Counted from the first letter of the stretch, positions 1 to 9,476 are shown. The stretch is DNA of 64,000 nucleotides from an uncultured Clostridia bacterium (GCA_947302045.1 CAMYUQ010000001.1:6035-70034), one strand, 5' to 3'. The notes: generated by a model from the sequence alone, not told the origin. Numbers and translations: made by a program.

Positions 1-133
1 TGAATCCGGTTTCAACCATTGCGAATCCGGCTTGCATGAAAAAGATAAACGCCGTACCGATCAGAAGCCATACGGCAAACACTTCTTTCGTTGCCGCTTC
101 TTTGACCAGTTTTGCAAGTTCTTCGGGTAACAT
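1..133 (-). CDS. amt: Ammonium transporter (Amt family), first ~44 codons only; gene runs off the window start
   Basis: Minus-strand ATG at 131-133 with AAGGAG 9 nt upstream. Translation MLPEELAKLVKEAATKEVFAVWLLIGTAFIFFMQAGFAMVETGF contains the Amt N-terminal signature FMQAGFAMVETGF. Begins 21 nt after the glnN stop on the same strand. Confidence 0.8.
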   Translation of the reverse strand, partial: MLPEELAKLVKEAATKEVFAVWLLIGTAFIFFMQAGFAMVETGF

Positions 134-154
134 GGGGAAAGTCTCCTTTGATTT

Positions 155-2251
155 TTATCGGACGCTGAACAAAATATCCGCGTAGCTCGGGAACGGCCAA
201 TAGCTCTTTTCCGTCAGCGTTTCCGCCTCGTCGCAGGCAAGGCGCAAATTGCACATTTCGGGGAGAACGGCATCGCGGATCTTCCGGGATTCCGCGAGGA
301 TGTCCTCCGCATCGTGCAGAGAAATCACGGTGCTCTGCAAATCGGCAGCGGCCGCCGCGATCCGATCGGTCAATCCAGAAAGTCTGGCGATCAGATCGGT
401 TTCATACGAACAGGCGATCGTTGGCGAAATCGCCTTTTTCGCGGCCGCATTCCGCGCAAGATCGGCGACAAACCGTTCCACGGCGGGAGCGATCTGCGTT
501 TTTGCCATATCGATCATCGTGTTTGCCTCGATCACAACCGACTTGCAGTAGTTTTCGAGCATGATCTCACAACGGGACTGCAATTCCGCTACCGTAAACA
601 CTTTATGCGCCGTCAGCATATCGACGTTCTTCTTGTCGAGCAGATGAGGCATACAGTCGGCGGTCGTGCGGTAGTTGAGCAGACCCCGCACTTCGGTCGC
701 TTCTTTGATCCATGCGTCGTCGTAGCCGTTTCCGTTGAAGATGATGCGCTTGTGATCCTGAATGGTCTGTTTGATCATCTCGTGCAAAACAACTTCAAAG
801 TTCTCCGCCCCTTCCAGACGGTCGGCATAAATTTTCAAACTTTCGGCAACCGCGCTGTTGAGCATGATGTTGGCGCAGGCAATGCTGTTGGAGGAGCCGA
901 GCATCCGGAATTCGAATTTGTTTCCGGTAAAAGCGAACGGAGAGGTACGGTTGCGGTCGGTGGTGTCGCGGTTAAATTTCGGAAGGACGTGAACGCCGAG
1001 TTTCATCTGCGTCTTTTCCACGCCCTGATAGGGCGTGTCGGTTTCGATCGCATTGAGCACCGCGGTCAGCTCGTCGCCGAGGAAGATCGAAATAACGGCG
1101 GGCGGCGCTTCGTTAGCTCCCAGCCGGTGATCGTTTCCGGCGGTTGCAACCGAGATGCGAAGCAGATCCTGATAGTCGTCCACAGCTTTGATCACCGCGC
1201 AGAGGAAGAGCAAAAATTGCGCGTTTTCATAAGGCGTTTCGCCCGGAGAGAGCAAATTCTGCCCGTCGTTCGTTGCGATCGACCAGTTGTTGTGTTTACC
1301 CGAACCGTTCACGCCGGCAAAGGGCTTTTCGTGAAGCAGGCAGACCAAACCGTGCTTTGACGCGACTTTTTGCATGATCTCCATGGTCAGCTGGTTGTGA
1401 TCGGTCGCTACGTTGGTGGTGGTGTAAATGGGTGCGAGTTCGTGCTGCGCGGGAGCGACTTCATTATGCTCTGTCTTTGCAAGAATGCCGAGCTTCCAGA
1501 GCTCTTCGTTCAGTTCTTCCATATAAGCGGCAACGCGGGGCTTGATCACGCCGAAATAGTGATCGTCCATCTCCTGTCCTTTCGGGGGCTTTGCGCCGAA
1601 CAGCGTTCTGCCGGTAAAGCGCAGATCCGGGCGGGCGTCGTACATTTCTTTGGTGATCAGGAAATACTCTTGTTCCGGACCAACCGAGGAACGCACGTAT
1701 TTTGCCGTAGTGTTTCCAAACAGCCGCAGAATGCGGAGCGCCTGCTTGTTGAGTGCCTGCATCGAGCGAAGCAGCGGTGTTTTCTTATCCAGAGCGTGCC
1801 CGCCGTAGGAACAGAACGCCGTGGGAATGCAGAGCGTCTTTCCTTTGATAAACGCGTAGGAAGTCGGATCCCACGCGGTATAGCCGCGCGCCTCAAAGGT
1901 GGCGCGCAGACCGCCGGACGGGAAAGACGAAGCGTCGGACTCGCCCTTGATCAGTTCCTTGCCGGAAAACTCCATAATCACGCCGCCGTCGGGCGAGGGG
2001 GTAATGAAACTGTCGTGCTTTTCTGCAGTGATGCCGGTCAGCGGTTGGAACCAATGCGTAAAATGCGTTGCGCCTTTTTGGATCGCCCAATCCTTCATGG
2101 CCGCCGCAACGGCATTGGCAACGGTCAGATCCAGCTCCTTTCCCTCGTCGATGGTTTGTTTGAGAGATGCGTAGACCTTTGCGGAAAGAGACGCTTTCAT
2201 TACTCTGTCGTCAAACACCATGCTTCCGAAATACTCCGATACCGTTTTCAT
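155..2251 (-). CDS. glnN: Glutamine synthetase, type III
   Basis: 698-aa ORF with AAAGGAG SD. N-terminus [22 protein letters not shown].. and the ~700-aa length are typical of GlnN-type GS. Stop TAA. Confidence 0.93.
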   Translation of the reverse strand: MKTVSEYFGSMVFDDRVMKASLSAKVYASLKQTIDEGKELDLTVANAVAAAMKDWAIQKGATHFTHWFQPLTGITAEKHDSFITPSPDGGVIMEFSGKELIKGESDASSFPSGGLRATFEARGYTAWDPTSYAFIKGKTLCIPTAFCSYGGHALDKKTPLLRSMQALNKQALRILRLFGNTTAKYVRSSVGPEQEYFLITKEMYDARPDLRFTGRTLFGAKPPKGQEMDDHYFGVIKPRVAAYMEELNEELWKLGILAKTEHNEVAPAQHELAPIYTTTNVATDHNQLTMEIMQKVASKHGLVCLLHEKPFAGVNGSGKHNNWSIATNDGQNLLSPGETPYENAQFLLFLCAVIKAVDDYQDLLRISVATAGNDHRLGANEAPPAVISIFLGDELTAVLNAIETDTPYQGVEKTQMKLGVHVLPKFNRDTTDRNRTSPFAFTGNKFEFRMLGSSNSIACANIMLNSAVAESLKIYADRLEGAENFEVVLHEMIKQTIQDHKRIIFNGNGYDDAWIKEATEVRGLLNYRTTADCMPHLLDKKNVDMLTAHKVFTVAELQSRCEIMLENYCKSVVIEANTMIDMAKTQIAPAVERFVADLARNAAAKKAISPTIACSYETDLIARLSGLTDRIAAAAADLQSTVISLHDAEDILAESRKIRDAVLPEMCNLRLACDEAETLTEKSYWPFPSYADILFSVR

Positions 2252-2274
2252 TCTTTTTTCTCCTTTTCTTTTTC

Positions 2275-2388
2275 GGAAAAGACAGAGCGTCCTTCATGCT
2301 TCGCAACATGAAAGACGCCCTTGCCCTTCTTTTTCTATTTGTCCGTAAAAACGAAAATCGCGCCTTTGAGCCCATGCCCAAAGACGCC
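2275..2388 (-). promoter_or_regulatory. glnN leader attenuator: two tandem terminator-like hairpins with exchangeable arms
   Basis: Read on the minus strand. Hairpin 1 has arms at 2379-2387 and 2360-2368 (GCGTCTTTG / CAAAGGCGC), followed by GATTTTCGTTTTT. Hairpin 2 has arms at 2307-2318 and 2287-2298 (GCGTCTTTCATG / CATGAAGGACGC), followed by TCTGTCTTTT. Both 5' arms start GGCGTCTTT, so CAAAGGCGC can pair with either one. Confidence 0.55.
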
Positions 2389-2408
2389 ATTGCCTTTTCA
2401 CGAGAGTC

Positions 2409-2437
2409 ATTATACAACGCGAAAAACGATTTGTCAA
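2409..2437 (-). promoter_or_regulatory. sigma-A promoter for glnN-amt (perfect consensus)
   Basis: Minus strand reads TTGACA (2437-2432), a 17-nt spacer, then TATAAT (2414-2409). This gives a ~150-nt leader before the glnN ATG. Confidence 0.8.
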
Positions 2438-2477
2438 CCCCTTTTTTCAAAAAAATCGAAAAAATTTTTGTTTTCTC

Positions 2478-2506
2478 TTGACAAACCGAATTTTGCGGCG
2501 TATAAT
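2478..2506 (+). promoter_or_regulatory. sigma-A promoter for the glutamate synthase/glnA operon (perfect consensus)
   Basis: TTGACA 2478-2483, 17-nt spacer, TATAAT 2501-2506. It lies back-to-back with the glnN promoter. Confidence 0.8.
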
Positions 2507-2534
2507 ACAATTCAATGAGCAAAGGCGTTCATTT

Positions 2535-2581
2535 CGCGCGGGAAATTTCCCGCCGGGAGTGAGCGCGCTTTTTCTTTTTTT
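2535..2581 (+). terminator. Leader terminator/attenuator upstream of the first glutamate synthase gene
   Basis: GCGCG (2536-2540) pairs with CGCGC (2564-2568). This encloses the perfect palindrome GCGGGAAATTTCCCGC and is followed by TTTTTCTTTTTTT. It sits between the promoter and the SD AAAGGAGG. Confidence 0.55.
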
Positions 2582-2608
2582 ATAGGTACAAAGGAGGAGT
2601 TACAAACG

Positions 2609-3706
2609 ATGAATATGCGCGAGGGAGAGGTACGCATCCCGTCGGGATGTGCGATCGCCGCGGTGATTTCCAAAGAAGGAAAGCGCATGACGGCGGAAAA
2701 GATCATGGACGCCATGAAACCCATGCACGACCGTTCCAACGGCCTGGGCGGCGGATTTGCCGGCTACGGGATTTATCCCGAATACCGCGATTTTTACGCT
2801 TTCCATCTGTTTTTTGACAGCCGCGACACCAGAAAGCGGTGCGAAGCATTCCTCAAAGAGGGATTTGAAATCGTCCGGGGCGAGACCATTCCGACAAGGA
2901 AGATTCCCGCGATCACCGACGAACCGATCATCTGGCGGTATTTCGTCTCGCCGCTTCGCTCGGTGCTTGCCGACCTGCAACTCGATGAAAAGGAATTTGT
3001 CGCGCGGACGGTTATGAAGATCAATACCGAGATGAAGGGCGCTTACGTTTTTTCAAGCGGTAAGAACATGGGAACGTTCAAGGCGGTCGGGTATACCGAG
3101 GACGTCGGGGTGTTCTATCGGCTGGATGAATACGAAGGGTACAGTTGGACGGCACACGGACGCTATCCGACCAATACCCCCGGTTGGTGGGGCGGCGCGC
3201 ACCCATTTACCCTGCTCGATTATTCGGTCGTCCACAACGGGGAGATTTCCTCCTACGACGCCAACCGACGCTTTATGGAAATGTTCGGCTACAAATGCAC
3301 CCTGCAAACCGACACCGAGGTCATTACCTACATTTTAGACTATTTGATCCGCCGTCAGGGGTTGACGCCGACCGAGGCGGCAAACGTGATCGCCGCACCG
3401 TTCTGGACTACGATCGACGGCAAAAGAGACGCATACGAAAAGGCAAAACTGCAATACCTGAGAACCGTTTTCCCGAGTTTGCTCGTCACCGGTCCCTTTT
3501 CCATCGTTCTCGGCTTTGACGGCGGACTGATGGCGCTCAACGATCGATTGAAACTGCGTTCGATGGTGGTTGGCGAGCTGGACGACAAAGTGTTCATCGC
3601 CAGCGAGGAAGCCGCCATCCGCGCCATGGAGCCGAACGCGGGAAAAATCTGGTCGCCCGCCGGCGGAGAACCGGTGATCGTGGCGGTCAAGGAAGGAGCA
3701 TACTGA
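2609..3706 (+). CDS. Glutamate synthase domain 1: class II (Ntn) glutamine amidotransferase, stand-alone subunit
   Basis: 365 aa. Has ..RIPSGCAIAAV.. (catalytic Cys at residue 14) and ..HGRYPTNTPGWWGGAHPF..VVHNGEISSY.. class II GATase motifs. SD AAAGGAGG. The stop lies 1 nt before the next start. Confidence 0.85.
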   Translation: MNMREGEVRIPSGCAIAAVISKEGKRMTAEKIMDAMKPMHDRSNGLGGGFAGYGIYPEYRDFYAFHLFFDSRDTRKRCEAFLKEGFEIVRGETIPTRKIPAITDEPIIWRYFVSPLRSVLADLQLDEKEFVARTVMKINTEMKGAYVFSSGKNMGTFKAVGYTEDVGVFYRLDEYEGYSWTAHGRYPTNTPGWWGGAHPFTLLDYSVVHNGEISSYDANRRFMEMFGYKCTLQTDTEVITYILDYLIRRQGLTPTEAANVIAAPFWTTIDGKRDAYEKAKLQYLRTVFPSLLVTGPFSIVLGFDGGLMALNDRLKLRSMVVGELDDKVFIASEEAAIRAMEPNAGKIWSPAGGEPVIVAVKEGAY

Positions 3707-3707
3707 T

Positions 3708-5213
3708 ATGGGAGTTGAATTTATCTATCCGGAATTTGAAGTGGTCCGTAATGAATCCCGCTGCATTCGCTGCCGCGTTTGCGAGCGGCAATGTGCGAAT
3801 GAGGTGCATTCGTTTGACGCGGAGCATCAGGTGATGCTCTCGGACGAAACCAAGTGCGTGAACTGTCAGCGTTGTGTTTCGCTCTGCCCCACGAGGGCAC
3901 TCAAAATCGTCAAGAGCGATTGCACCCTGCGCGAAAATGCCAACTGGCAGAACGATACGATCAAAGAGATCTACAAGCAGGCGAACAGCGGCGGCGTTCT
4001 GCTCTCATCGATGGGCAATCCGAAACCGCTCCCCGTTTATTGGGATAAGATCCTGATCAACGCCTCACAGGTCACCAATCCGCCGATCGACCCCTTGCGC
4101 GAGCCGATGGAAACGAAGGTCTTTCTGGGAAAGAAGCCCGAAAAGATCACACGCGGCGCGGACGGATCGATCGACTGCACGCTTCCGCCGCAGGTCGAGC
4201 TTGCCATGCCGGTCATGTTCTCGGCGATGAGTTACGGTTCGATCAGCTACAATGCCCACGCGTCTCTTGCTCGTGCGGCAACCGAGCTGGGGATCCTATA
4301 CAACACCGGGGAGGGCGGATTGCACGAAGATTTTTATCAATACGGCAAAAACACGATCGTGCAGGTCGCATCGGGACGCTTCGGCGTGCATGAGGATTAT
4401 CTCAATGCCGGCGCGGCGATCGAGATCAAGATGGGACAGGGTGCAAAGCCGGGCATCGGCGGGCACTTGCCCGGAGCAAAGATTGTCGGAGACGTTTCCC
4501 GGACGCGTATGATCCCGGAGGGATCGGACGCGATCTCCCCTGCTCCGCACCACGATATCTATTCTATTGAAGACTTGCGGCAGCTCGTCTTTTCGCTCAA
4601 AGAAGCAACGAGATACCAAAAACCTGTCATCGTTAAGGTTGCGGCGGTTCATAATATTGCCGCCATTGCCAGCGGCATTGCCCGGAGCGGAGCAGACATC
4701 ATTGCCATCGACGGCTTCCGCGGCGGAACCGGCGCCGCTCCCACGCGCATCCGCGACAACGTGGGGATTCCGATCGAGCTTGCGTTGGCGGCGGTCGATC
4801 AGAGATTGCGCGACGAGGGGATCCGCAACAATGTATCGCTCGTTGTCGGAGGTTCGATCCGCTCGGCATCTGACGTGATCAAAGCCATCGCCCTCGGTGC
4901 CGACGCCTGTTACGTTGCTACCGCCGCACTGCTCGCGCTCGGCTGTCATCTCTGCCGCACCTGCCAGACCGGCCGGTGCAACTGGGGCATCGCAACCCAG
5001 CGTCCCGATCTGGTCAAGCGCCTCAATCCCGATATCGGTTCCGCGCGGCTCGTCAATCTGATGACGGCATGGCGGCACGAGATCATGGAAATGATGGGCG
5101 GCATGGGCATCAACTCGGTGGAAGCGTTGCGCGGCAACCGTCTGATGCTTCGCGGCGTCGGGCTGAACGAAAAAGAATTGGAAATTCTCGGAATTTCCCA
5201 CGCGGGGGAATGA
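3708..5213 (+). CDS. Glutamate synthase FMN-binding (GltS) domain protein with N-terminal 2x[4Fe-4S] ferredoxin module
   Basis: 501 aa. Cys clusters CIRCRVCERQC and CVNCQRCVSLCP, then ..SAMSYGSIS..GEGG..IKMGQGAKPGIGGHLPG.. typical of the GOGAT FMN domain. Confidence 0.88.
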   Translation: MGVEFIYPEFEVVRNESRCIRCRVCERQCANEVHSFDAEHQVMLSDETKCVNCQRCVSLCPTRALKIVKSDCTLRENANWQNDTIKEIYKQANSGGVLLSSMGNPKPLPVYWDKILINASQVTNPPIDPLREPMETKVFLGKKPEKITRGADGSIDCTLPPQVELAMPVMFSAMSYGSISYNAHASLARAATELGILYNTGEGGLHEDFYQYGKNTIVQVASGRFGVHEDYLNAGAAIEIKMGQGAKPGIGGHLPGAKIVGDVSRTRMIPEGSDAISPAPHHDIYSIEDLRQLVFSLKEATRYQKPVIVKVAAVHNIAAIASGIARSGADIIAIDGFRGGTGAAPTRIRDNVGIPIELALAAVDQRLRDEGIRNNVSLVVGGSIRSASDVIKAIALGADACYVATAALLALGCHLCRTCQTGRCNWGIATQRPDLVKRLNPDIGSARLVNLMTAWRHEIMEMMGGMGINSVEALRGNRLMLRGVGLNEKELEILGISHAGE

Positions 5214-5216
5214 AAA

Positions 5217-5657
5217 ATGAAACGTGTTTATGTCAACGAAGAATGGTGTCTGGGCTGCCATTTGTGCGAATATAACTGTGCGTTTGCCAATTCTGGCATG
5301 AAAAACATGGCGATGGCTCTGAAAGATCAAGCGATATTTCCGCGCATCCACGTTGAGGGTGACGACAAAATCACCTTTGCCGTCTCCTGTCGGCATTGCA
5401 GCGATCCCATCTGTGTCAAAAGCTGCATTGCCGGAGCGATTTCCAAGCAGAACGGCGTGGTAAAGATCAACCGGGAAAAGTGCGTTGGTTGTCTGACCTG
5501 CGTCCTTGTCTGTCCCTACGGTGCGCTCGCACCGGGCAAGGACGGCGCTATGCAGAAATGCGAACTGTGTCTGGAAAACGCCTGCGGCTCGCCCGCCTGC
5601 GTTGCCGGATGCCCCAATAACGCCATTGTTTATGAGGAAAGAGGGAACGAAAAATGA
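5217..5657 (+). CDS. 4Fe-4S dicluster ferredoxin-domain protein
   Basis: 146 aa with repeated CxxCxxCxxxC(P) motifs (CLGCHLCEYNC, CVGCLTCVLVCP, CELC..C..C). Its stop overlaps the next start (ATGA at 5654-5657). Confidence 0.8.
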   Translation: MKRVYVNEEWCLGCHLCEYNCAFANSGMKNMAMALKDQAIFPRIHVEGDDKITFAVSCRHCSDPICVKSCIAGAISKQNGVVKINREKCVGCLTCVLVCPYGALAPGKDGAMQKCELCLENACGSPACVAGCPNNAIVYEERGNEK

Positions 5658-6886
5658 GACGATATGTAATCATCGGTAACGGTACCGCCGCCGTCGGCTG
5701 CGTGGAGGGGATCCGCTCGGTGGATAAAACCGGAGAGATCACCATTATTTCCGAAGAGAATCATGCGGTTTACAGCCGTCCGCTCATTTCCTACTATCTG
5801 GAAGGAAAAACCGACTTGGAGCGCATGAAATACCGTGGCGATTCCTTCTATGCGGATAACGGTTGCAAAGTCCTCTTCGGGAAGCGTGCGGCTTTGCTGG
5901 ACGCAGAAAAGAAACAGGTCGTTCTGGACGACCAAACGACGCTTCCCTACGACAAGGTTTGTGTTGCCGCCGGGTCGCGCCCGTTCGTTCCGCCCTTTGA
6001 GGGGCTGGAAACGGTTGAAAACAAATTTTCCTTTATGACGCTGGACGACGCGCTTGCCCTGGAAAAAGCACTGAACGAGCGATCCAAAGTCCTGATCGTC
6101 GGCGCCGGGCTGATCGGGCTCAAATGCGCCGAGGGGATTTGCGGACGCGTCAAGAGTATCACGGTTTGCGACCTTGCCGACCGGGTACTTTCCAGCATTC
6201 TGGATTTTGACTGCGCCGCCGTTGCGCAAAAGCACCTGGAAGAAAACGGCATCCGCTTTTTGCTCGGCGACACCGCCGTCCGCTTCGAAGGAAACCGGGC
6301 GTGTATGAAGAGCGGTAAGGTGGAAGAATTTGACGTTCTGGTACTCGCCGTCGGCGTTCGCGCCAATACGGAACTCGTCAAAAATGCAGGCGGAGAAGTC
6401 AATCGCGGGATTGCGGTCAATCCCAAAATGGAAACTTCGCTGCCCGATGTTTTTGCGGCAGGCGACTGTACCGAGGGCTATGATTCCTCGCTGGGCGCAA
6501 ACCGCGTGCTTGCCATTCTTCCAAACGCCTATTTGCAGGGGCAAACCGCAGGCGGCAACATGGCAGGCGGCAACGTTGCCTTCGAAAATGCGATCCCCAT
6601 GAACTCGATCGGCTTCTTCGGCTTCCATATCATGTCGGCAGGAACCTACGACGGTGAGCGGATCGAAGAGCGGACGGAAAAAGCGATCAAACGCTTTTTC
6701 GTCAAAGACGGATTCTTAAAAGGATTTATTCTATTGGGCGAGACGGAGCGCGCCGGAATCTACACTTCTCTGATCCGCGAAAAGACGCCGCTCGATACCG
6801 TTAATTTCGATTTGATGAAAAAAGTTGCCTCGAATTTGATTTATTCGCAAGAAAAACGTAGAAAAAAGTTTGGAGATGTAGTATAA
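5654..6886 (+). CDS. NAD(P)/FAD-dependent pyridine nucleotide-disulfide-type oxidoreductase
   Basis: 410 aa. N-terminal Rossmann motif VIIGNGTAAVG and a second dinucleotide motif VLIVGAGLIGLKCAE. Translationally coupled within the cluster. Confidence 0.8.
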   Translation: MRRYVIIGNGTAAVGCVEGIRSVDKTGEITIISEENHAVYSRPLISYYLEGKTDLERMKYRGDSFYADNGCKVLFGKRAALLDAEKKQVVLDDQTTLPYDKVCVAAGSRPFVPPFEGLETVENKFSFMTLDDALALEKALNERSKVLIVGAGLIGLKCAEGICGRVKSITVCDLADRVLSSILDFDCAAVAQKHLEENGIRFLLGDTAVRFEGNRACMKSGKVEEFDVLVLAVGVRANTELVKNAGGEVNRGIAVNPKMETSLPDVFAAGDCTEGYDSSLGANRVLAILPNAYLQGQTAGGNMAGGNVAFENAIPMNSIGFFGFHIMSAGTYDGERIEERTEKAIKRFFVKDGFLKGFILLGETERAGIYTSLIREKTPLDTVNFDLMKKVASNLIYSQEKRRKKFGDVV

Positions 6887-6887
6887 T

Positions 6888-7610
6888 ATGATTATCGATA
6901 CACAAAATCTCGATCACCGCGCGATCAACGAAGCGATCCGCAAGGCCGGAAACGACTGCGAAATCACCGGTTGTCTCGGTCAACGCTTCCTTTGCGCCGG
7001 AATGACGGGCGGGAACGTGACGATTTCAGGCGGCATTCCCGGCAACGCGCTGGGCGCATACCTCAACGGCGGAACCGTCACCGTCCGCTCAAATGCGCAG
7101 GACGCTGTGGGCGATACCATGAACGCCGGCGAGATCGTCATTCACGGCAACGTCGGAGATGCGGTAGGTTACGCAATGCGAGGCGGAAAAATTTACGTTC
7201 AGGGCGACGCCGGCTACCGCGCCGGTATTCACATGAAAGCGTATCGGGAAAAGATCCCGGTGCTTGTCATCGGCGGAAAAGCCGGCAGTTTCCTCGGTGA
7301 ATATCAGGCGGGCGGCGTCATCGTCGTGCTCGGGCTGACCGAAAATGATCGGCGCATCGTGGGGAACTTCCCCGGTACGGGTATGCACGGCGGCAAAATG
7401 ATCCTGCGCTCGGAATGCCGGGACGTCGTTTTTCCCGGTCAGGTCACTGCAAGAGCGGCAACGCCCGAGGATTTCAAAGAAATCGAAACCTACGTTTCTG
7501 AATATTGCGCCTTGTTCGGCGGCTCGACAAAGGAAATTCTGGATTCCCCGTTCACCGTGGTCACGCCGGACAGTAAAAATCCCTACCGGCAGCTTTACGT
7601 TGCCAACTGA
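6888..7610 (+). CDS. GXGXG-motif protein (glutamate synthase alpha-subunit C-terminal domain homologue)
   Basis: 240 aa with beta-helix-like repeats ..GNVGDAVGYAMRGGKIYVQGDAGYRAG..IGGKAGSFLGEYQAGG... Starts 1 nt after the previous stop. Confidence 0.82.
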   Translation: MIIDTQNLDHRAINEAIRKAGNDCEITGCLGQRFLCAGMTGGNVTISGGIPGNALGAYLNGGTVTVRSNAQDAVGDTMNAGEIVIHGNVGDAVGYAMRGGKIYVQGDAGYRAGIHMKAYREKIPVLVIGGKAGSFLGEYQAGGVIVVLGLTENDRRIVGNFPGTGMHGGKMILRSECRDVVFPGQVTARAATPEDFKEIETYVSEYCALFGGSTKEILDSPFTVVTPDSKNPYRQLYVAN

Positions 7611-7625
7611 AAAAAGGAGGACACC

Positions 7626-8834
7626 ATGAACTATTCCAAAGAAGAGGTCCTGCAATACGTTGCCGAGGAGGACGTCAAGTTTATCCGTTTGGCATTTTGC
7701 GACGTATTCGGAAAACAGAAGAACATTTCCATTATGCCGGAAGAGCTGCCGCGCGCGTTTGCGTACGGCATCGCGTTCGATGCTTCCGCCATCGCAGGAT
7801 TTGGCGACGAGGCGCACTCCGACCTCTTTCTGCACCCCGATCCCGAGACGCTGACCTGGCTTCCGTGGAGGCCAGAACACGGCAAGGTGGTGCGGATGTT
7901 CTGCACCATTACCTACCCGGACGGCAGACCCTTTGAATGCGATACCCGAACGCTCCTCAAACAGGCAGTCGACGACGCAAAAGCGGCAGGTTATACCTTC
8001 TTTTTCGGTGCGGAGCAGGAATTTTATCTCTTTGAGCTGGATGAAAAAAACGAGCCGACCAAAGTCCCTTACGACAAAGCCGGCTATATGGACATTGCCC
8101 CGGAGGATCGGGGAGAGAACGTCCGCCGCGAGATCTGTCTGACGCTGGAACAGATGGGCATCCGTCCCGAAAGTTCCCATCACGAGGTGGGCCCCGGGCA
8201 GAACGAGATCGACTTCCGTTACGCCGACGCGCTTGCCGCCGCCGATAACGTTATGACCTTTCAAACGGTCGTTAAAACGGTGGCTCGCCGCAACGGGCTT
8301 TATGCTGATTTTTCTGCAAAACCGCTCCCCGGCGTTCCCGGCAACGGGTTCCATATCAACTGTTCGGTCAAGCCGGGAGAGACCCCTGCGGCGCAGGAAA
8401 AACCGGTTGCCGGCGTTCTGGATAAGATCGTTCCCATGACCGTTTTCCTCAATCCGACCGCGCAGTCCTACGAGCGTCTCGGGCAGATGAAAGCGCCCAA
8501 ATACGTTTCCTGGTCGCACCAGAACCGCTCCCAGTTGGTGCGTATTCCGGCGGCGGAGGGCGAATACCGCCGCGCCGAACTGCGTTCGCCAGACCCCTCG
8601 GCAAACCCCTATATCGCCTTTGCGCTTATGATTCGAGCCGGACTTTACGGGATTCAAAACGGGTTGACGCTCCCGGCTCCGGTGGACTTGAATCTTTACC
8701 GCGCAGACAGTGCGGCAACGAAAGACCTGCAAACACTTCCAACCTCGTTGGAGGCGGCAAAAGCCGCGGCAAAAGCAGATGAATGGATCAAAAAGAACAT
8801 TCCCGAGAAGATTCTGAATCTTTACTGCAAGTAA
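7626..8834 (+). CDS. glnA: Glutamine synthetase, short type I-like (402 aa)
   Basis: Beta-grasp N-domain (VKFIRLAFCDVFGKQKN) and catalytic domain (GAEQEFYLF, HHEVGPGQNEIDF, NRSQLVRIP). SD AAAGGAGGA. Confidence 0.88.
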   Translation: MNYSKEEVLQYVAEEDVKFIRLAFCDVFGKQKNISIMPEELPRAFAYGIAFDASAIAGFGDEAHSDLFLHPDPETLTWLPWRPEHGKVVRMFCTITYPDGRPFECDTRTLLKQAVDDAKAAGYTFFFGAEQEFYLFELDEKNEPTKVPYDKAGYMDIAPEDRGENVRREICLTLEQMGIRPESSHHEVGPGQNEIDFRYADALAAADNVMTFQTVVKTVARRNGLYADFSAKPLPGVPGNGFHINCSVKPGETPAAQEKPVAGVLDKIVPMTVFLNPTAQSYERLGQMKAPKYVSWSHQNRSQLVRIPAAEGEYRRAELRSPDPSANPYIAFALMIRAGLYGIQNGLTLPAPVDLNLYRADSAATKDLQTLPTSLEAAKAAAKADEWIKKNIPEKILNLYCK

Positions 8835-8873
8835 TTTCCGATTGAAAAATTCGGTGAAAGGAGGGGACGGAAT

Positions 8874-9458
8874 GTGAGTCTGAAAGAACAGGTTTACAGC
8901 GTTTTGGTCGTTTCGGCATCCGAAAAAATCAATCTGGCATTATCCGAGCAATTTTCCGTTCCGACCTTCTCGCCGGTTCAGGTGGTTGCGGGCGTCAGCG
9001 TCGCAAAACGAGCACTTGCGGAACGGGATTTCGACTTCGTGGTGGTAAATTCCCCGCTGCCGGACGACACGGGCGTTCGATTCTCCATTGACGCGGCAAA
9101 CGATTCCGGGGCTGTGGTGCTGTTTCTGGCAAGAGCCGATCAATATGAAGACGCCTATGAAAAACTCGCCGCAAACGGAGTGTTCCTCATGCAAAAACCG
9201 ATTGCGAAAACGGTATTGCAAATTGCTTCCGAATGGTTGATCAGCGCACGCGAGGGCTTGCGCAAGAGCCATAAAAAAACGATGTCCATTGAGGAAAAGA
9301 TGAACGAAATCCGGCTCGTTAACCGCGCGAAATGGTTACTCATCAGCGAGCTGAAAATGAGCGAATCCGACGCTCACCGCTACATTGAAAAGCAGGCAAT
9401 GGACCGATGCGTTCCGAAAGGTCTCGTTGCGGAGGAAATTATCAAATTATATCACTGA
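8874..9458 (+). CDS. ANTAR-domain RNA-binding antiterminator with receiver-like N-domain
   Basis: GTG start after AGGAGGGGA. The C-terminus ..IEEKMNEIRLVNRAKWLLISELKMSESDAHRYIEKQAMDRCVPK.. is a typical ANTAR helix bundle. Last gene of the nitrogen operon. Confidence 0.8.
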   Translation: MSLKEQVYSVLVVSASEKINLALSEQFSVPTFSPVQVVAGVSVAKRALAERDFDFVVVNSPLPDDTGVRFSIDAANDSGAVVLFLARADQYEDAYEKLAANGVFLMQKPIAKTVLQIASEWLISAREGLRKSHKKTMSIEEKMNEIRLVNRAKWLLISELKMSESDAHRYIEKQAMDRCVPKGLVAEEIIKLYH

Positions 9459-9476
9459 TCGGATGCGGAGAAAGCG

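Noticed and set aside
12-254. 80-aa minus-strand ORF spanning the amt start and the glnN stop.
   Set aside because: It is out of frame with both well-supported genes and covers their intergenic junction. It has no SD.
2513-2608. Canonical ANTAR target (two tandem stem-loops with A..G hexaloops) in the leaders of the nitrogen operons.
   Set aside because: I could not find a convincing dual-hexaloop arrangement by eye. The leaders clearly contain terminators and alternative pairings, but assigning them as ANTAR sites needs a covariance-model search.
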